64,000 bases of DNA from an uncultured Gammaproteobacteria bacterium (lineage in GTDB: Bacteria; Pseudomonadota; Gammaproteobacteria; CAWCPV01): assembly GCA_963797555.1 (NCBI GenBank), contig CAWCPV010000003.1, positions 640,001-704,000 of the forward strand. Direction: 5' to 3'. A program made the translations under genes and the position numbers. Shown in pieces: positions 44,901 through 59,099 of this stretch (positions within the stretch are counted from its first letter, which is position 1; each line of letters opens with the position of its first letter). The notes below the pieces were generated by a model. That model ran no database searches. It saw only the letters and a list, made by a program, of their open reading frames with translations, and was not told the DNA's origin.

Positions 44901-45189
44901 CATCGTGGTCAAGGCGGGGGTGTGTCGGCGTCGGCGCGTCCGCCCCAAACCCGCGCGTGGCGGAAGACTTCCGCCCGGTCTTCTCCCAGCCCAGAGGCCA
45001 TACAATACCTCACCCCGAAGCCGCCCACGTCGAGCGGTAGCGTCTTCCATGTCCCGCCGCTGGCCCCGACATCCTGCACCGCAGCCGAAACGGTCGTTTG
45101 CGTCCTCGGTCAGGCTGCGGCTCTCGGGGCGCCGGCGGCGTTCACCCGTCGAAGCCCGAGATGGAGACTGCGTGTGAGAATTTACCGCA

Positions 45190-45607
45190 GAGAACCTGCA
45201 TGACCGCCGGCACGAGGCTCGACGTGCGCCAATTGCTCGTATGGCTGCTGGGTCCGCTCGCAAGACGAAGAAAGCGCACAGTACATCCTCGCGTTCGGCG
45301 ATCCACGCGACCGATTCCACGTGCTGAGGATGGACGGCGAACAGGGCAGCGTCGCTGGGCAGACGCGGAGGCGCTATACCGCCGCGCCTTGGCGGTCGAC
45401 CCTGACCACCGGGACGCGACGCTCTGGCTCGCCATTCTGTACCAACGAGCGGGGAGGCTTTGCGCCGCCGCAACCGAATATCGGCGCACCCTGCGACTCG
45501 ACCCGGGCAACCGGGTGGCGCAGGCGAACCTCGCGTCCGTTCTGGCGTCCCCGTCGGTAAATGCGAAGCAGGCTGCGTGTCAGAGGAACGCAGCACCCCA
45601 TGACTGA
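45190..45607 (+). pseudogene. TPR-repeat protein remnant
   Basis: AEALYRRALAVDPDH and EYRRTLRLDPGN TPR motifs. Confidence 0.6.
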
Positions 45608-46125
45608 CCCGCCTTGCCTGCAGCTACGCCCATGTCGCGATGCCGACCGGATGCCGCTTTTGCGCGCGGTACAAAGAGTGGATCGGGCTGGGGTCTCGGC
45701 GCTGAGACACTAAGCCAGTTCAGCGCTTTGCATCGCGTTCACTCGAACCCGGCCACTGAGCCGATTCCCCCCCAGTGGATCTGGTTTGCGAACTCAACCG
45801 GACGGCCGTGCGGGCAGCCGACCTGGAATTGGCCGAGGGTGGGTCGACCGCCAGCGGCGACAACGGCGGGTCAGGCGCGTGGCACCCTCGACGCGCTACG
45901 CACCTGCCACAGGGGCTGCCGCTTGATGAGAAACAAGATGAGGGTCGGGTGGAGCAGGGTGCAGGCTGTATAGAGCCACAGAGGCAAGTACCCCAGAACA
46001 CGCCGCAGCGGTTCTGGCACTTCAAGCTCGTAGTCCGCCGGGCGCCGGCATACTCGGTCGCTCCAAACCGCGATGCGGAAGAAAGGACCTGCGAGTCTCC
46101 TCAGGGCCGGCCACGACAGAAGCCT

Positions 46126-46920
46126 CCGCCGTAGGGACGGCGGTCACCCGCCGCCCCCGGCACAGACCCGGACGTGCAGTTTTTCCGCATCCGGTTCCTC
46201 GGTTGTACTCGCTTCCGCGCAGACGGCCACTCGCCGTCTGTTGGCTATTGCCCGCAGTGAGGTTCGCTTGCGTTCTCCGGCCCGACTCTGTCCGGCGCAA
46301 GTTTCCTATACGGGCTGCGTACTTCCGCCAGGTCCTTCCCCTTGTAACGGGCTTTCCCCGTCTCCGAGTACTATGCCTGGTAAGACTCCCCACCAGCATA
46401 CGGCGGGCGTTCCCTTTGACAGTACTTCTCCGCCTGCCTGCTCCGAAGTTCCCTTCGTCCACTTAGGTTCCGGCTTAACCCTGTGTCCGGGTTTCCCCTT
46501 CCGTGCCTCAATAGCCGTATACCGTATGACCGAGCTTCCCTCCGGCCAGGAGCCGATGGGGCCTCCTGGGTTCTCCGACGCCTCTCTTCCTGCATGCCAC
46601 GGCCTGAGGACTCCGGCGGACCTCCACGCCCTCGCCAAAACGGGCGCTTCGTGTAGCCTTCGGGCACGTTAAAACCCTCGGCATCCGCAACAAGCTTATC
46701 TCGAAGCTGTACCAGCACTTCAGGGAGCGCGGCCTCCCCTACGGCCTACAGGATACTCTGCCTACGCTTAGCCCGTCTTGTTCGCAGCCTCTCGGCTACT
46801 CCGCCACGGACCCAAGGCTTCGATACGGGTGGGTGGCTAACCCTTATGAAGATGCCTTACGACCTCTTCTCCCGACAGGGACTCTCACCTGCAAGAAGCG
46901 CCGAGCTTTGCCCAGCGCGA
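46126..46920 (-). ncRNA. ORF-less group II intron (about 795 nt)
   Basis: D5 GAACCGGATGCGGAAAAACTGCACGTCCGGGTC (46165-46197); D6 with bulged A in CCCTACGGC; 5' TCGCGC followed by a GGTGAGAGTCC D1 motif; no RT ORF. Confidence 0.9.
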
Positions 46921-47355
46921 TAACGTCCTCCCGATACTTGCCGAGGCGTCTCAACATCCAGTGGAAAACCGCGTGGGGCAGGTAGTGGAGCAGCGGCACC
47001 TTATTGTGTACCTCCCACGGCCACAGGCGGTTTGGCGTGGCGAGGCAGGCGACCCCCGTGAGTTTCAGCACTCACGCCACCTCTCTTACGTGGGCCCGCG
47101 CATCGCCAACGTGCTCGATGACGTGGTTGGATACGACCACGTCGAAGATCCCGTCCGGAAACGGAAGGGCCTCCGCGCAGCGGACGAAGCCGTATCCCCC
47201 GGTGCAACTTCGCAGGTCCCGCACGTCCACGCTAACGACCTTGAACTCTTCTGCAAGCAAGGCCGCGATCTCCCCAATTCCGGTCCCGATATCGAGCAGG
47301 AGGCCCGAGGGTGTCGATAGGGCGCCAGATTCAGCCAGCACCCGGAGGATCTTAC

Positions 47356-48870
47356 GGCTCTTTCGGTAATTGTGTGGATCGTGGTGGTCGAGTAGCATCC
47401 GTTCTGAGCAATCGTCTATCACAACATCTTGTGGTTGGGCCTGTGGGGTTGTGGGCGAGAGGCCCGCGAGTGTGGGCAACCGGGAGGTTGTCCACACGGT
47501 CCTTGGGACGCGGGCCGCTCCGCAGGACTCGTCCACAAATCCACAGGCCATCAAGGGGGGAGCGCCATGGAGCCAACGCATCTATTCACGACGGCACTGG
47601 GCCTCACGGCGCCTTGGGAAGTCACCGGCGTACGCTTTGACCCCGAGGCTGGGCGCATCGACCTCGAGGTGGCCTTTGCCAAGGGGAGCCGCTTCGCCTG
47701 CCCGGCGTGCGGAGCGCCAGGCCAGCCGGTGCATGATACCCGCAAGCGCAGCTGGCAGCACCTGAGCTTCTTTAAGTCACGGGCAGACCTGCACGCGCAT
47801 CTGCCGCGAGTGCGCTGTGAGAGCTGCGGCAAGACGACTCAGGTCGAGCCGCCGTGGGCGCGCGCACAGAGTGGCTTCACGGCGCTGATGGAGGCACTGG
47901 TGGTGACGCTGTGCCAGGCGATGCCGGTGGCGACCGTCGCCCGGCACCTGGGCGTGGGCGATGAGCGCCTGTGGGGGGTGCTCGAGCACTACGTGGAGGC
48001 GGCCCGCGCCCAGGAGGACCACTCCCCGGTGCGCGCCGTGGGCCTGGACGAGACCGCCGCCCGGCGTGGGCAGCACTACATCAGCCTGTTCCATGACCTC
48101 ACGGGAAAACGCCTGCTGTTCGCCTGCGAGGGCCGCGACCAGAGCACCGTGGCGGCCTTTGCCGCCGACCTCCAGGCGCACGGGGGCGACCCGCAGGCCA
48201 TCGAGCAGGTGTGCATCGACCTGTCCGCCGCTTATCTCGCCGGGGTGACCAAGCATCTGCCTAAAGCCACGGTGAGCTTCGATGCCTTCCATGTCATCCA
48301 GCTCGCCAACCAGGCCGTCGATACAGTGCGCCGCGAGGAGGTCAAGACCGAGCCCGCCCTCAGGGGCACCCGCTGGACCTGGCTCAAAGACGCCCACGAC
48401 TGGACCTGGGAGCAGCTCACCGACTTTCACTGGCTCTCCCGCGCCCGCCTCAAGACCGCCCGCGCCTGGCGCCTCAAGGAGGCGCTGCGCGATATCTACG
48501 CCACGGCCAGCACCCTCGAGCAGGCCGAGACCGCGCTCACGCGCTGGTATAGCTGGGCACGGCGTAGCCGCCTGCAACCCATGAAGCACCTCGCTGCCAC
48601 TCTGAAAGACCACTGGGACGGTGTGCTCGCCGCGTTCGACTCCGGCCTCACCAACGGCCGCGCCGAGGGCATCAACTCCCTCATCCAGGCCGCCAAAGCC
48701 CGCGCCCGGGGCTACCGCACCACGCACTCGCTCATCACCATCGCCTACCTCATCGCGGGCAACCTGGCCCACTTGCCGGCCTCGCCGTTCAACACACGAT
48801 CTTGTGTCAGACCTCAGGCAGAGGCTGCCGCAGCGTAAGCATATCTACCCACACGATTCCGGTAAGAACC
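47356..48870 (+). mobile_element. ISL3-family IS (transposase about 47567-48838)
   Basis: IRs GGCTCTTTCGGTAATTGTGTGG and GGTTCTTACCGGAATCGTGTGG; 8-bp DR GATCTTAC; CPAC zinc finger, GLDET, FDAFH and TNGRAEGIN. Confidence 0.96.
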
Positions 48871-49244
48871 GATCTTACGCGCCTTCCGCGGCCGACTCGA
48901 AGTCGCCGAGAACCCAGGGCGGTGGGCAAACGAACCGAACTGGGACGGCCCAATCCCTGCCACGATGGCGGACAAAGGCACCTCGCGAGGCGTTAAGGAA
49001 ACTCTGGTGAGCGCGGCGTCTCGTTCTCCGGTATAGCCCGCCCGTGCATCAGCGGACGCCGGCACGATGTTGGTCCGTCCGCTCCGGGGGCGTTCCGGCG
49101 CCTGGCACGCCCGCACTTCAAGCCCGCTTCGCGCATCGCGTTCCTGGTTCGCAAAAAAGACTCCTCTTCACCATCGCTTACTCTCCCGCAAAACGGAGCG
49201 CGATCGCAGGTGCTGACGCCGCCAGCGCGTATTCGGGCGATCTT

Positions 49245-49932
49245 CTAGTCCTGAAAGCGGAACTTGACGATAGCGTAAAGTGCGGCGATCCCGTCGCGCC
49301 AGGTAATTTTCTTTCCCTCAGCGTAGCTTCGGCCGCTGTAGCTTATAGGAACCTCATAAATTCTAAGCGGGCGCTTGGCGACTTTCGCGGTAAACTCCGG
49401 TTCAAAGCCAAATCGATTTGAGCGCAGGGTGATGCTGCGGACCACTTCCGCGCGAAAGGCCTTGTATCCCGTCTCCATGTCGGAGAGATTGATGTTGTTC
49501 AGCGCGTTCGAGAGCAGCGTGAGCAGTCTGTTGCCGACATAGTGCCAGAAGAACAGGACCCTGTGGGGTCCACCCAGGAACCTGGAACCGTACACTACAT
49601 CGGCGCGGCCGTCCACGATCGGCTGCATGAGCGTAGGGTATTCGGCAGGGTCGTACTCGAGGTCCGCGTCCTGGATGACAACGATATCGCCCGTGACCGC
49701 GCTGAAGCCGGTCCGCAACGCAGCCCCCTTGCCCCGGTTTTCGGGATGGAAGAGGACCACGAGGCCCTCATCGTTCTGTGCAGCCTTCTGCAGCCGCTCC
49801 CGGGTCCCGTCCGTCGATCCGTCGTCCACCACGATGACCTCTTTGTCGACGGGCACGGCGCGCACTCGCGCCAGTATGTCCTCGATAGTCGCTTGCCTCG
49901 TTATAGACGGGCATTACCACGGAGAGCTTCAT
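49245..49932 (-). CDS. Glycosyltransferase family 2 (DPM1-like), frameshift at about 49895
   Basis: MKLSVVMPVYNE, VVDDGSTDGT, QDADLEYDP, YGSRF and GKKITWRDG. Confidence 0.92.
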
Positions 49933-50000
49933 CCGGACGTGTCCAGTTGGTCAATTCCCACGCTGCTGACGGCCATCGGCATATGTGCCGTCCGGCAGTA

Positions 50001-50770
50001 TTACCCGATTGAAGGAACTGAATTTCTTCTCAGAACGATGAGTACACTCTGCCCGAAGGGCTACGGCCACTTATCCAGGCCCTGGACTAACGGCATCAAT
50101 CTCTCCATGACCCGCACGTCCCGGTCAGTGATCGCCCGTTTGCCTGATACCTTCATTCTGAAGAACCACCCCAGTGCCCCGATGGGATTGAGAAAACGGT
50201 ATTCCACGATTGAAGTCTGGCCGCCCTTTAAAGCCTTAGCAAGCCTGATCCTGTCCTTCCTCGTGTATCTTCGGTAGTGACCGATTCTCCGATCGAAACC
50301 GGAATATAGCCACATACCCGCAGGCACCCAGGCGACGAAGCAACCGTTCGGCTTCAGAATTGCCGCTCCGTGCTCGATGACCGCAATGTCCTCGTCGATA
50401 TGCTCGAGAACATTTGCCGAATAAACACAATCTATGCTATCCGGTTTATCCACCGCGCGAATATCCCCGATCGGTTCACACACTGTCGCGGTGTCCTTGA
50501 AGCGCCGCCTGAGGTGTTGGCGGTTATCTTCTGAAAGCTCACACGGGACCACCGCAAAGTCCCTGGCCACGAGCTCCGTTAGGGTACCCGTGCCGGCGCC
50601 CAGCTCGACGTTCATCGCACCCAGGTACGGTCTGATGTGGGAATACACCCAAAGATTGTACTTCCGTGCATCGTCCAAGATCTCCAATACGGTGTTGCCG
50701 ATGCCTCCAACGCGGTATGCGCCGGCGCCGTCATGGAATCTTTCCGGCGGTGGAACGCCGTGGCCCCACA
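50001..50770 (-). CDS. Class I SAM-dependent methyltransferase (in-frame TAG at 50061-50063 near the C-terminus)
   Basis: VELGAGTG, NVLEHIDED and DRRIGHYRRY; the PFGQSVLIV tail continues past the stop; start uncertain. Confidence 0.8.
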
Positions 50771-51053
50771 TCAAGGCAGCCGACCGATGATGCCCCGCCA
50801 CACTCGCCGTGGGCCGTTCATCACTGCCATCGGAACCCTGGGAGGGGGCGGCCAAGTCGACTTCATGGATTACCTGTCCTCCGGGCAACTCGGGTTGGCA
50901 AGGGACCCGCGGGCGACCGCTCCAGGCAGACCCCGGCGTCGGTCAATCGGCACCTTGCCCGCGCAGGAAACCACGGCCCTCTTGCCGCTGTCAAGCCGGC
51001 CGACTTTCTCACGCTATAATCGACTCATCCTGGACCCCCTCGGGTGACCGCCG

Positions 51054-51677
51054 ATGCCGACGACTGCCCCTCGCCCTGAGCGCCTGACCCACGAGCAGTA
51101 TCTCGCGCTCGAGTCGTCCGAAGACCAGCGGTACGAGTACCTCGGCGGGGAGGTGTTTACCTTGGCCGCCGGCTCGGAGCGGCACGCGCTCATCGCTGCG
51201 AACACGGTGGGCGCGCTCATCGACGCCACACGCGATCGGCCCTGTCGCGTCTATGGGTCGGACGTGAAAGTGCATATCTCCGCGCTGGACAAGTTCTGCT
51301 ACCCGGATGTGATGCTGGCCTGCGAGGACAGCCGCCGCTCGGAGCAATACGTCGAGAATCCGCGGCTGGTCGTCGAGGTGCTCTCGCCCCAAACCGAGGC
51401 GTATGACCGGGGACTCAAGTTCGAGCACTACCGCGCGATCCCGGCTCTGCGGTACTACCTGCTCCTCGACCAGAACCGCGTTCACGCGGAACTCTTCCTT
51501 CGGAGTGCGGAAAGCGCGTGGGTCCTCAACGAGGCGCGCGGCATGGACGGAGTACTTGACCTTCAGGTCGACGGCATCCAGCTTGCCCTCGCGGAGCTAT
51601 ACCGCCAGGTGGTTTTCCCGCGGGGGCCGGATTCCCCGGGACCCGTCGCGGCAGGCGAGACTGGGTCGAGCGCTTGA
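51054..51677 (+). CDS. Uma2-family endonuclease
   Basis: RYEY, H, YPDV, VEVLSPQTEAYDRG.K and Y motifs. Confidence 0.92.
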   Translation: MPTTAPRPERLTHEQYLALESSEDQRYEYLGGEVFTLAAGSERHALIAANTVGALIDATRDRPCRVYGSDVKVHISALDKFCYPDVMLACEDSRRSEQYVENPRLVVEVLSPQTEAYDRGLKFEHYRAIPALRYYLLLDQNRVHAELFLRSAESAWVLNEARGMDGVLDLQVDGIQLALAELYRQVVFPRGPDSPGPVAAGETGSSA

Positions 51678-51742
51678 GCGCGAAGGCGAGGTGGCCGGCG
51701 ATCGGCGCTGGGCTCAAGGTGACACGCCCAGACCGAGTGAGG

Positions 51743-52450
51743 TCAATCGTGGGCCCTCTTCAGGGCCAGCGTCAGTCCGTCTGCGATCGGCACCAGACTC
51801 AGGGTGATCCGCTCGTCGTGCAGCAACCGCTCATTGAATGAACGCAGTGCCGTGGTATCCCGATCGGCGACGGCCGGGTCCGCGACCCGGCCGGACCACA
51901 GCACGTTGTCGACCGCGATCAGACCTCCGGGCCGCAAGAGCTGCAGCGCACGCTCGTAGTAATCCGCGTAGCCCTCTTTGTCAGCATCTATGAAGATGAA
52001 ATCGAACGTCCCAGCCTGACCGGAGGCCAGCAGATCGTCCAGCGTCTCCTTCGCGGGCGCAAGCCGCAGGTCGATCTTGTCCGAAACACCGGCTTCCTCC
52101 CAGTAACGGCGGGCCACCGAGGTCCATTGCTCGCTCACGTCACAGGCCACGATGCGGCCGTCGTCCGGGAGCGCGAGGGCACACCACAGGGAGCTGTAGC
52201 CAGTGTATACCCCGACTTCGAGCAGGCGCTTGGCACCCATGAGCTGCACCAGCAGCGCCATGAACTGCCCTTGCTCCGGGGCGATCTGCATGCGCGCCAT
52301 GGAGTCTTGCGCAGTCTGTTCACGCAGCCGGCGCAGCACCTCCGGCTCCCGCAAGGACACCGACAACAGGTAGTCGTAGAGGGTGTCGCTGAGACCTATG
52401 CTTCGGTTCGACACGTTCCGCTCCGTCTCCGTGCAGCGTGAAGAGTCCAA
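51743..52450 (-). CDS. Caffeoyl-CoA-type O-methyltransferase
   Basis: MQIAPEQGQF, LEVGVYTGYS, FIDADK, VDNVLWSG and IADGLT. Confidence 0.93.
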   Translation of the reverse strand: MDSSRCTETERNVSNRSIGLSDTLYDYLLSVSLREPEVLRRLREQTAQDSMARMQIAPEQGQFMALLVQLMGAKRLLEVGVYTGYSSLWCALALPDDGRIVACDVSEQWTSVARRYWEEAGVSDKIDLRLAPAKETLDDLLASGQAGTFDFIFIDADKEGYADYYERALQLLRPGGLIAVDNVLWSGRVADPAVADRDTTALRSFNERLLHDERITLSLVPIADGLTLALKRAHD

Positions 52451-52462
52451 TGAAGTCGGGGA

Positions 52463-54505
<2,043 letters not shown>

Positions 54506-55423
54506 TCAATGCCTCAGCGGCCGATCCAGGTCGCGCTGCCGGGCCTCGAAATCCAGCACCTTATCCCACAGGGTGCGGAACCCGCGGTGATCCAGCGGAC
54601 GCCGATTGGCGTCGTACACCTCTGCATCCAGCCTGGAGGCCAGCCGGTCTGCGGTCGCTACCAACTGCTTGAACGTGGAGGTGCTCTCGCCAGGCCCCGG
54701 GAGACGCATGAACAGAGCCACGCCGGGCGTCGCCACCTCGTCCATGTGGTCCAGATCGAAGGTACCCGGCTTCAGCACGTTGGCCGCACTGTACAGAGGC
54801 GCATCACCCTGCGGACTCGACGCCATCTTGTGGAAGATTCCCATCTCGCCGTGCACCATACCGGCCTCCTGGAACGCCGACAGCAGCTCCGCACCCCGCA
54901 TGTGCCGGCCGTTCCTGCCGAGAACGGTGAGGGCGATGACCAACTCGTCCTGTTGGTCTCCCCGGGACGGCGTCTCCTGCCCCGGCGGGCGGCCTGTTTC
55001 AGGCGGTGCCACGTTCGCCTCGACTTCTGCCGATGGTCCATCCGACGGGGCGGGCGGTCGGCCCGCCACAGCCTCTGACTCAGCCATCAACGTCGGCTCG
55101 ACCGCCGATGAGGAACGGCGGTCGCCCCCCGGGGGAAGGTCGCCGAGCGCTCCGAGCGTGTGTCCGTTGGGCCGTTCGAACGCCGGGAAAGCCCGGTCGT
55201 CGTCGGACGGCCCTCGATCATCCACCAGGTCGTTCTGCCGGGCCGCTGCGAGCAGGTTACTCAGCCTCTGCAGCTCGCCTGCGAGCTGCGCGTCATCGGC
55301 TGATTCCATCCTGTAGCGTGCGTCGACCAGCCGTCGGCTGCGGCGCTTCTCCCACACGTAAATCGCCAGGATGACGAGCGCCCCGACTCCGAGCAATATC
55401 CAACGAAGCACATCCATCGCCAT
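54506..55423 (-). CDS. zipA: Cell division protein ZipA
   Basis: N-terminal TM, Pro-rich linker and GEMGIFH...KPGTFD...TPGVALFM; lies between smc and ligA. Confidence 0.92.
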   Translation of the reverse strand: MAMDVLRWILLGVGALVILAIYVWEKRRSRRLVDARYRMESADDAQLAGELQRLSNLLAAARQNDLVDDRGPSDDDRAFPAFERPNGHTLGALGDLPPGGDRRSSSAVEPTLMAESEAVAGRPPAPSDGPSAEVEANVAPPETGRPPGQETPSRGDQQDELVIALTVLGRNGRHMRGAELLSAFQEAGMVHGEMGIFHKMASSPQGDAPLYSAANVLKPGTFDLDHMDEVATPGVALFMRLPGPGESTSTFKQLVATADRLASRLDAEVYDANRRPLDHRGFRTLWDKVLDFEARQRDLDRPLRH

Positions 55424-55520
55424 GTGACTTCTCGCAATGTGGCCGGGGATCCAACAGAACCATGCGCGGTCTGGTCCCCAACCGTCCCCCCAAATCCAGC
55501 CGCGAATGGTGCCCTTTAGC

Positions 55521-58500
55521 TTACGCCTGCATCGCCGCCATCGCCATGGCCTCTTCCATGTCCACCGCGACCAGGCGCGACACCCCCGGCTCGTGCATCG
55601 TCACCCCGGTCAATTGGCCAGCCAGCTCCATGGTGACCTTGTTATGGGTCACGAACACGAACTGGGTGCGGGCGGACATCTCCTTGACCAGTTGGCAAAA
55701 GCGGCCGACGTTTGCATCGTCCAACGGAGCGTCTACCTCGTCCAACAGGCAGAAGGGCGCCGGGTTCAGCTCGAACATCGCGAACACCAGCGCCACAGCC
55801 GTGAGGGCCTTCTCCCCGCCCGAGAGCAGGTGGATATTGCTGACCCGCTTTCCGGGCGGGCGAGCCATGATGGCGACGCCCGCATCGAGCAACTCCTCCC
55901 CGGTGAGTTCCAGATACGCCTGCCCGCCCCCGAACAGCCGCGGAAACAGCGCCTGCAGCCGTTCATTGACACGGTTGAATATCTCCACGAAGCGTTGCCG
56001 CGTCTCTCGATCGATCGTGCGGATAGCACCCTCCAGCGTCGTCACGGCCTCTTCGAGGTCCGCGACCTGCGCGTCCAAGTACTCCTTCCGCTGCGATTGC
56101 GCGCGGAACTCGTCGACGGCGGCGAGATTGACGGGACCCAGGCGCTCGATTCGGTCTTGAAGCCGCTCCAGCTTCAACTGCCACGTGCCTGGCTCGGCTT
56201 CATCCGACAGCTCCGCCAGCAGCGCCTGGCGCTCGAAGCCCGCGGCGGTCAAATCTTCCTCCAGCGTCCGCGCGCGCACACTGAGCTCCTGCCAACGCAG
56301 GCGTAACTGCTCCTGGGATGCTCGTAGCCGCTCCGACTCGGAGGCGGCCGTCTGCCTCGCGTGCTCGTTCTCGGCAAGCTGCTCCTGGAGCTCTTCGACA
56401 CGCCGGCGGGAAGCGGCCAACGAGCTCTCGGCATTCCCTCGGCGTGTCAGCCACCCCTGCAACTCCGCCCGCATGTCCTCGATGGGCTGGATACTCTCCT
56501 CGCATGCCTGCTGCAGCTCATCCCGCCGTGCTCCTTGTCGTTCCAGCCGCTCGTGCAGCCTGATCAGCGTGTTGCGCGCGGAATCCAGAGCACTGCTCAA
56601 GGATTGGGCGTGCAATGCCGCCCGATGCACCCCTTCCTGCTCCTCCCGGGCCAGAGCCCGGGCCGCATTCAATACCGTCAGCAGTCCCTCGCGCCGGTCG
56701 CGCATGGCCTCTCGGCGCCCAGCCAGATCTTCTGCCGCGGCCGTGGCGTTCTCGAGTCGAGCGGCTGCGCCGGCCATCTCGGTCTGCAGGTGACCGATCT
56801 GCCCCGCCAGCTCGTGGGATTCCGCGCCAAGCGCGGCCAGGCGTGCGCGGGCATGATCGAGTCGCGTCTCCTCCCCTCGGCACCGGGCCTGTAGCTCGGC
56901 GACTCGGTGGTGGGTCTCGCGCACTTCTGTTGCGAGAGATTCGCGGCGTGCTTCCAGCGCATGCAATGCCTGCCGTGCCTCCTCGAGAGACCTCTCCTCG
57001 TCGGCCAACCGCTCCGCCAACGCTTGTTCGTGCCTCTCCAGCTCCCGTATCTCGCGGGCCCTGCTCAGCACGCCAGCGCGCGGATCAGCGCCGCGCACGA
57101 CGCGCAGCCAGTTGGGCCCCAGACGGATGCCCTCGCGCGTGACCAGCGACTCATGAGCTGCCAGTCTCGTCTTCAGGCGCAAACCGTCGCCCAGGCTTTC
57201 CACTGCGTAGATCCCGTCGACTAGCCCGTCCACCCGCCAGGGCGCCTGGATCTTCTCCCGTAGAAGTCCGACGGCGGTCTGTCCCGCCTCAGCGTTCGCA
57301 GACGCGCGGGTGTCGAAAAATACCAGCCTGCCGCCGCTGAAGTCCTGCAACGCCCCCTCGATCGCCTCCAAGCCGGCCAGGCACAACGCCCCCAGGTGGT
57401 CACCCAGGGCCGACTCGGCCGCCTGTTCCCAGCCTGGCTCCACTTGGAGTTGGTCGGCCAGCCGGGGCGCATCCGCGAAGCCCTGTCGTTCCAGCCAGCG
57501 CGTCACCGCCTCCTCCCGGCCGTCCATCGCTTCCTGCTGCAGTGCACGCAGGGACGCCAGCCGCCCGCGCAACTCGTGGAGCCCCCCGCGCAGGCCGTCC
57601 GCTGAGCGGGCTAACACAGCGTTGGCCGTGCGCTGCTCCGTCGTGCCCGCAGTCACCTCGGCCAAGTCGTGGTCCAGCCGGGACATCTCCAACTGTGCCT
57701 CGCCCAGCTCGGCCTGGCTCTCGGCGAGCGCCTCCGAGGCAGGAGCCACTGCGATCCCTTGCTCTTCCTCGCGCAGCCGCGCCGCACGCTGCTCCAGTTG
57801 CTGACACTGTCTCTCCAACTGCTGCAGCCGGGCGCGCTCCACCTGAACGGTCTGGGTCGGCCCGGCCGTCTCCTGGGTCAGGTCTTCCCAAGCACGCTGC
57901 CAGCCGTGCATAGCGTCTTCGGCCTGCGCCAAGGAGGACGTAGCCTCCTCGGCGCGCGCCGCCAGTCGCTCGTGCTCCGCGCGCCCCGTCTCCAGGCCCT
58001 GCGACAGCTCGACGCACTTCTCCTCGTCCGCCTGTATTTCGGCACCGGCGGCGGCGATATCGCGATCGAGAGCATCGAGGTCCCTCAGCCGCTGCTGCCT
58101 CCCCTCCTGCGCGCTCTTGATCGCCTGCTCCTGGCGCGCGATCTGTGCACCGAGCCCGTAGAACTCCGCCTGGGCGGCGTTGAACCCGCGGCTCGCCGAT
58201 TCATGCTCCAGGCGCAGCCGCTCGACGGACGCGTCTCGGCTGCGGACCTCCGCCATACATGCTTCCACCCGCGTCTCCAACTCCCGCAGGCCGCGCATCT
58301 CCGCCTGCGCTTGTTGGTCAAGGCTGCGCCAGCGCAGAGCTTGCCCTTGGGCCTTGAGCAGCCGCTCCTGATCCTTCAGGCGCGTGTACTTGCCCGCCGT
58401 CTCCGCCTGCTCCTCCAGGTGCTTCAACTGAGCCACAAGCTCGGAGCGGATGTCATTGACCCGCGCGATGTTTTCCGCAGTCGTTCGCAGCCGCAGCTCG

Positions 58501-59038
58501 GTCTCTCGGCGGCGCTCCTTGTACCGGGAGATGCCGGCAGCCTCCTCCAGGAACAGGCGTAGGTCGTCTGGGCGCGCCTCGATGAGACGTGAAATCATGC
58601 CCTGCTCGATGATGGCGTAGCTGTGGGGGCCGAGACCGGTGCCCAGGAACAGGTCGGTGATGTCGCTGCGGCGGCAGCGGGTAGCGTTCAGGAAGTAGCT
58701 GGACTGGCCGTCGCGCGACACCACGCGCTTGATCGAGATCTCGGCGTACTGGGCATATGCCCCGTCAATCGGCCGTCGCTGTTGTCAAAGATCAGCTCCA
58801 CCGATGCCTGTCCCACCGGCTTTCTGGACGCGGACCCGTTGAAGATCACGTCCGCCATGGACTCACCGCGCAGGTGACGAGCCGACATCTCGCCCATCAC
58901 CCAGCGCACTGCATCGATGACATTGGACTTGCCACAGCCGTTGGGGCCCACACACCGCGCCAGGGCGCTCTTCAAGGGGATGGTGGTCGGGTCCACGAAG
59001 GACTTGAAGCCCGCCAGCTTGATTCTGGTCAGGTGCAT
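55521..59038 (-). CDS. smc: Chromosome segregation protein SMC (apparent 1-nt deletion in a G run at about 58760)
   Basis: [25 protein letters not shown] and LDEVDAPLD. Confidence 0.97.
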
Positions 59039-59099
59039 CGGGGGTGTTAGAATCGTGGCGGACCATAGCTAAACAGACGCCCGCGACGGTAGCAACTAG

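Larger units (their letters stand above)
45871..48981 (-). pseudogene. Class I SAM methyltransferase interrupted by ISL3 and a group II intron, plus a nonsense codon
   Basis: Reconstructed as RKARKI|LRVL..LDIGTG..LPFPDGIFDVVVSNHVIEHV..REVA*VLK..TPNR..YREDV|RLLSWPAL..HPTLILFLIKR; start codon approximate. Confidence 0.85.
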
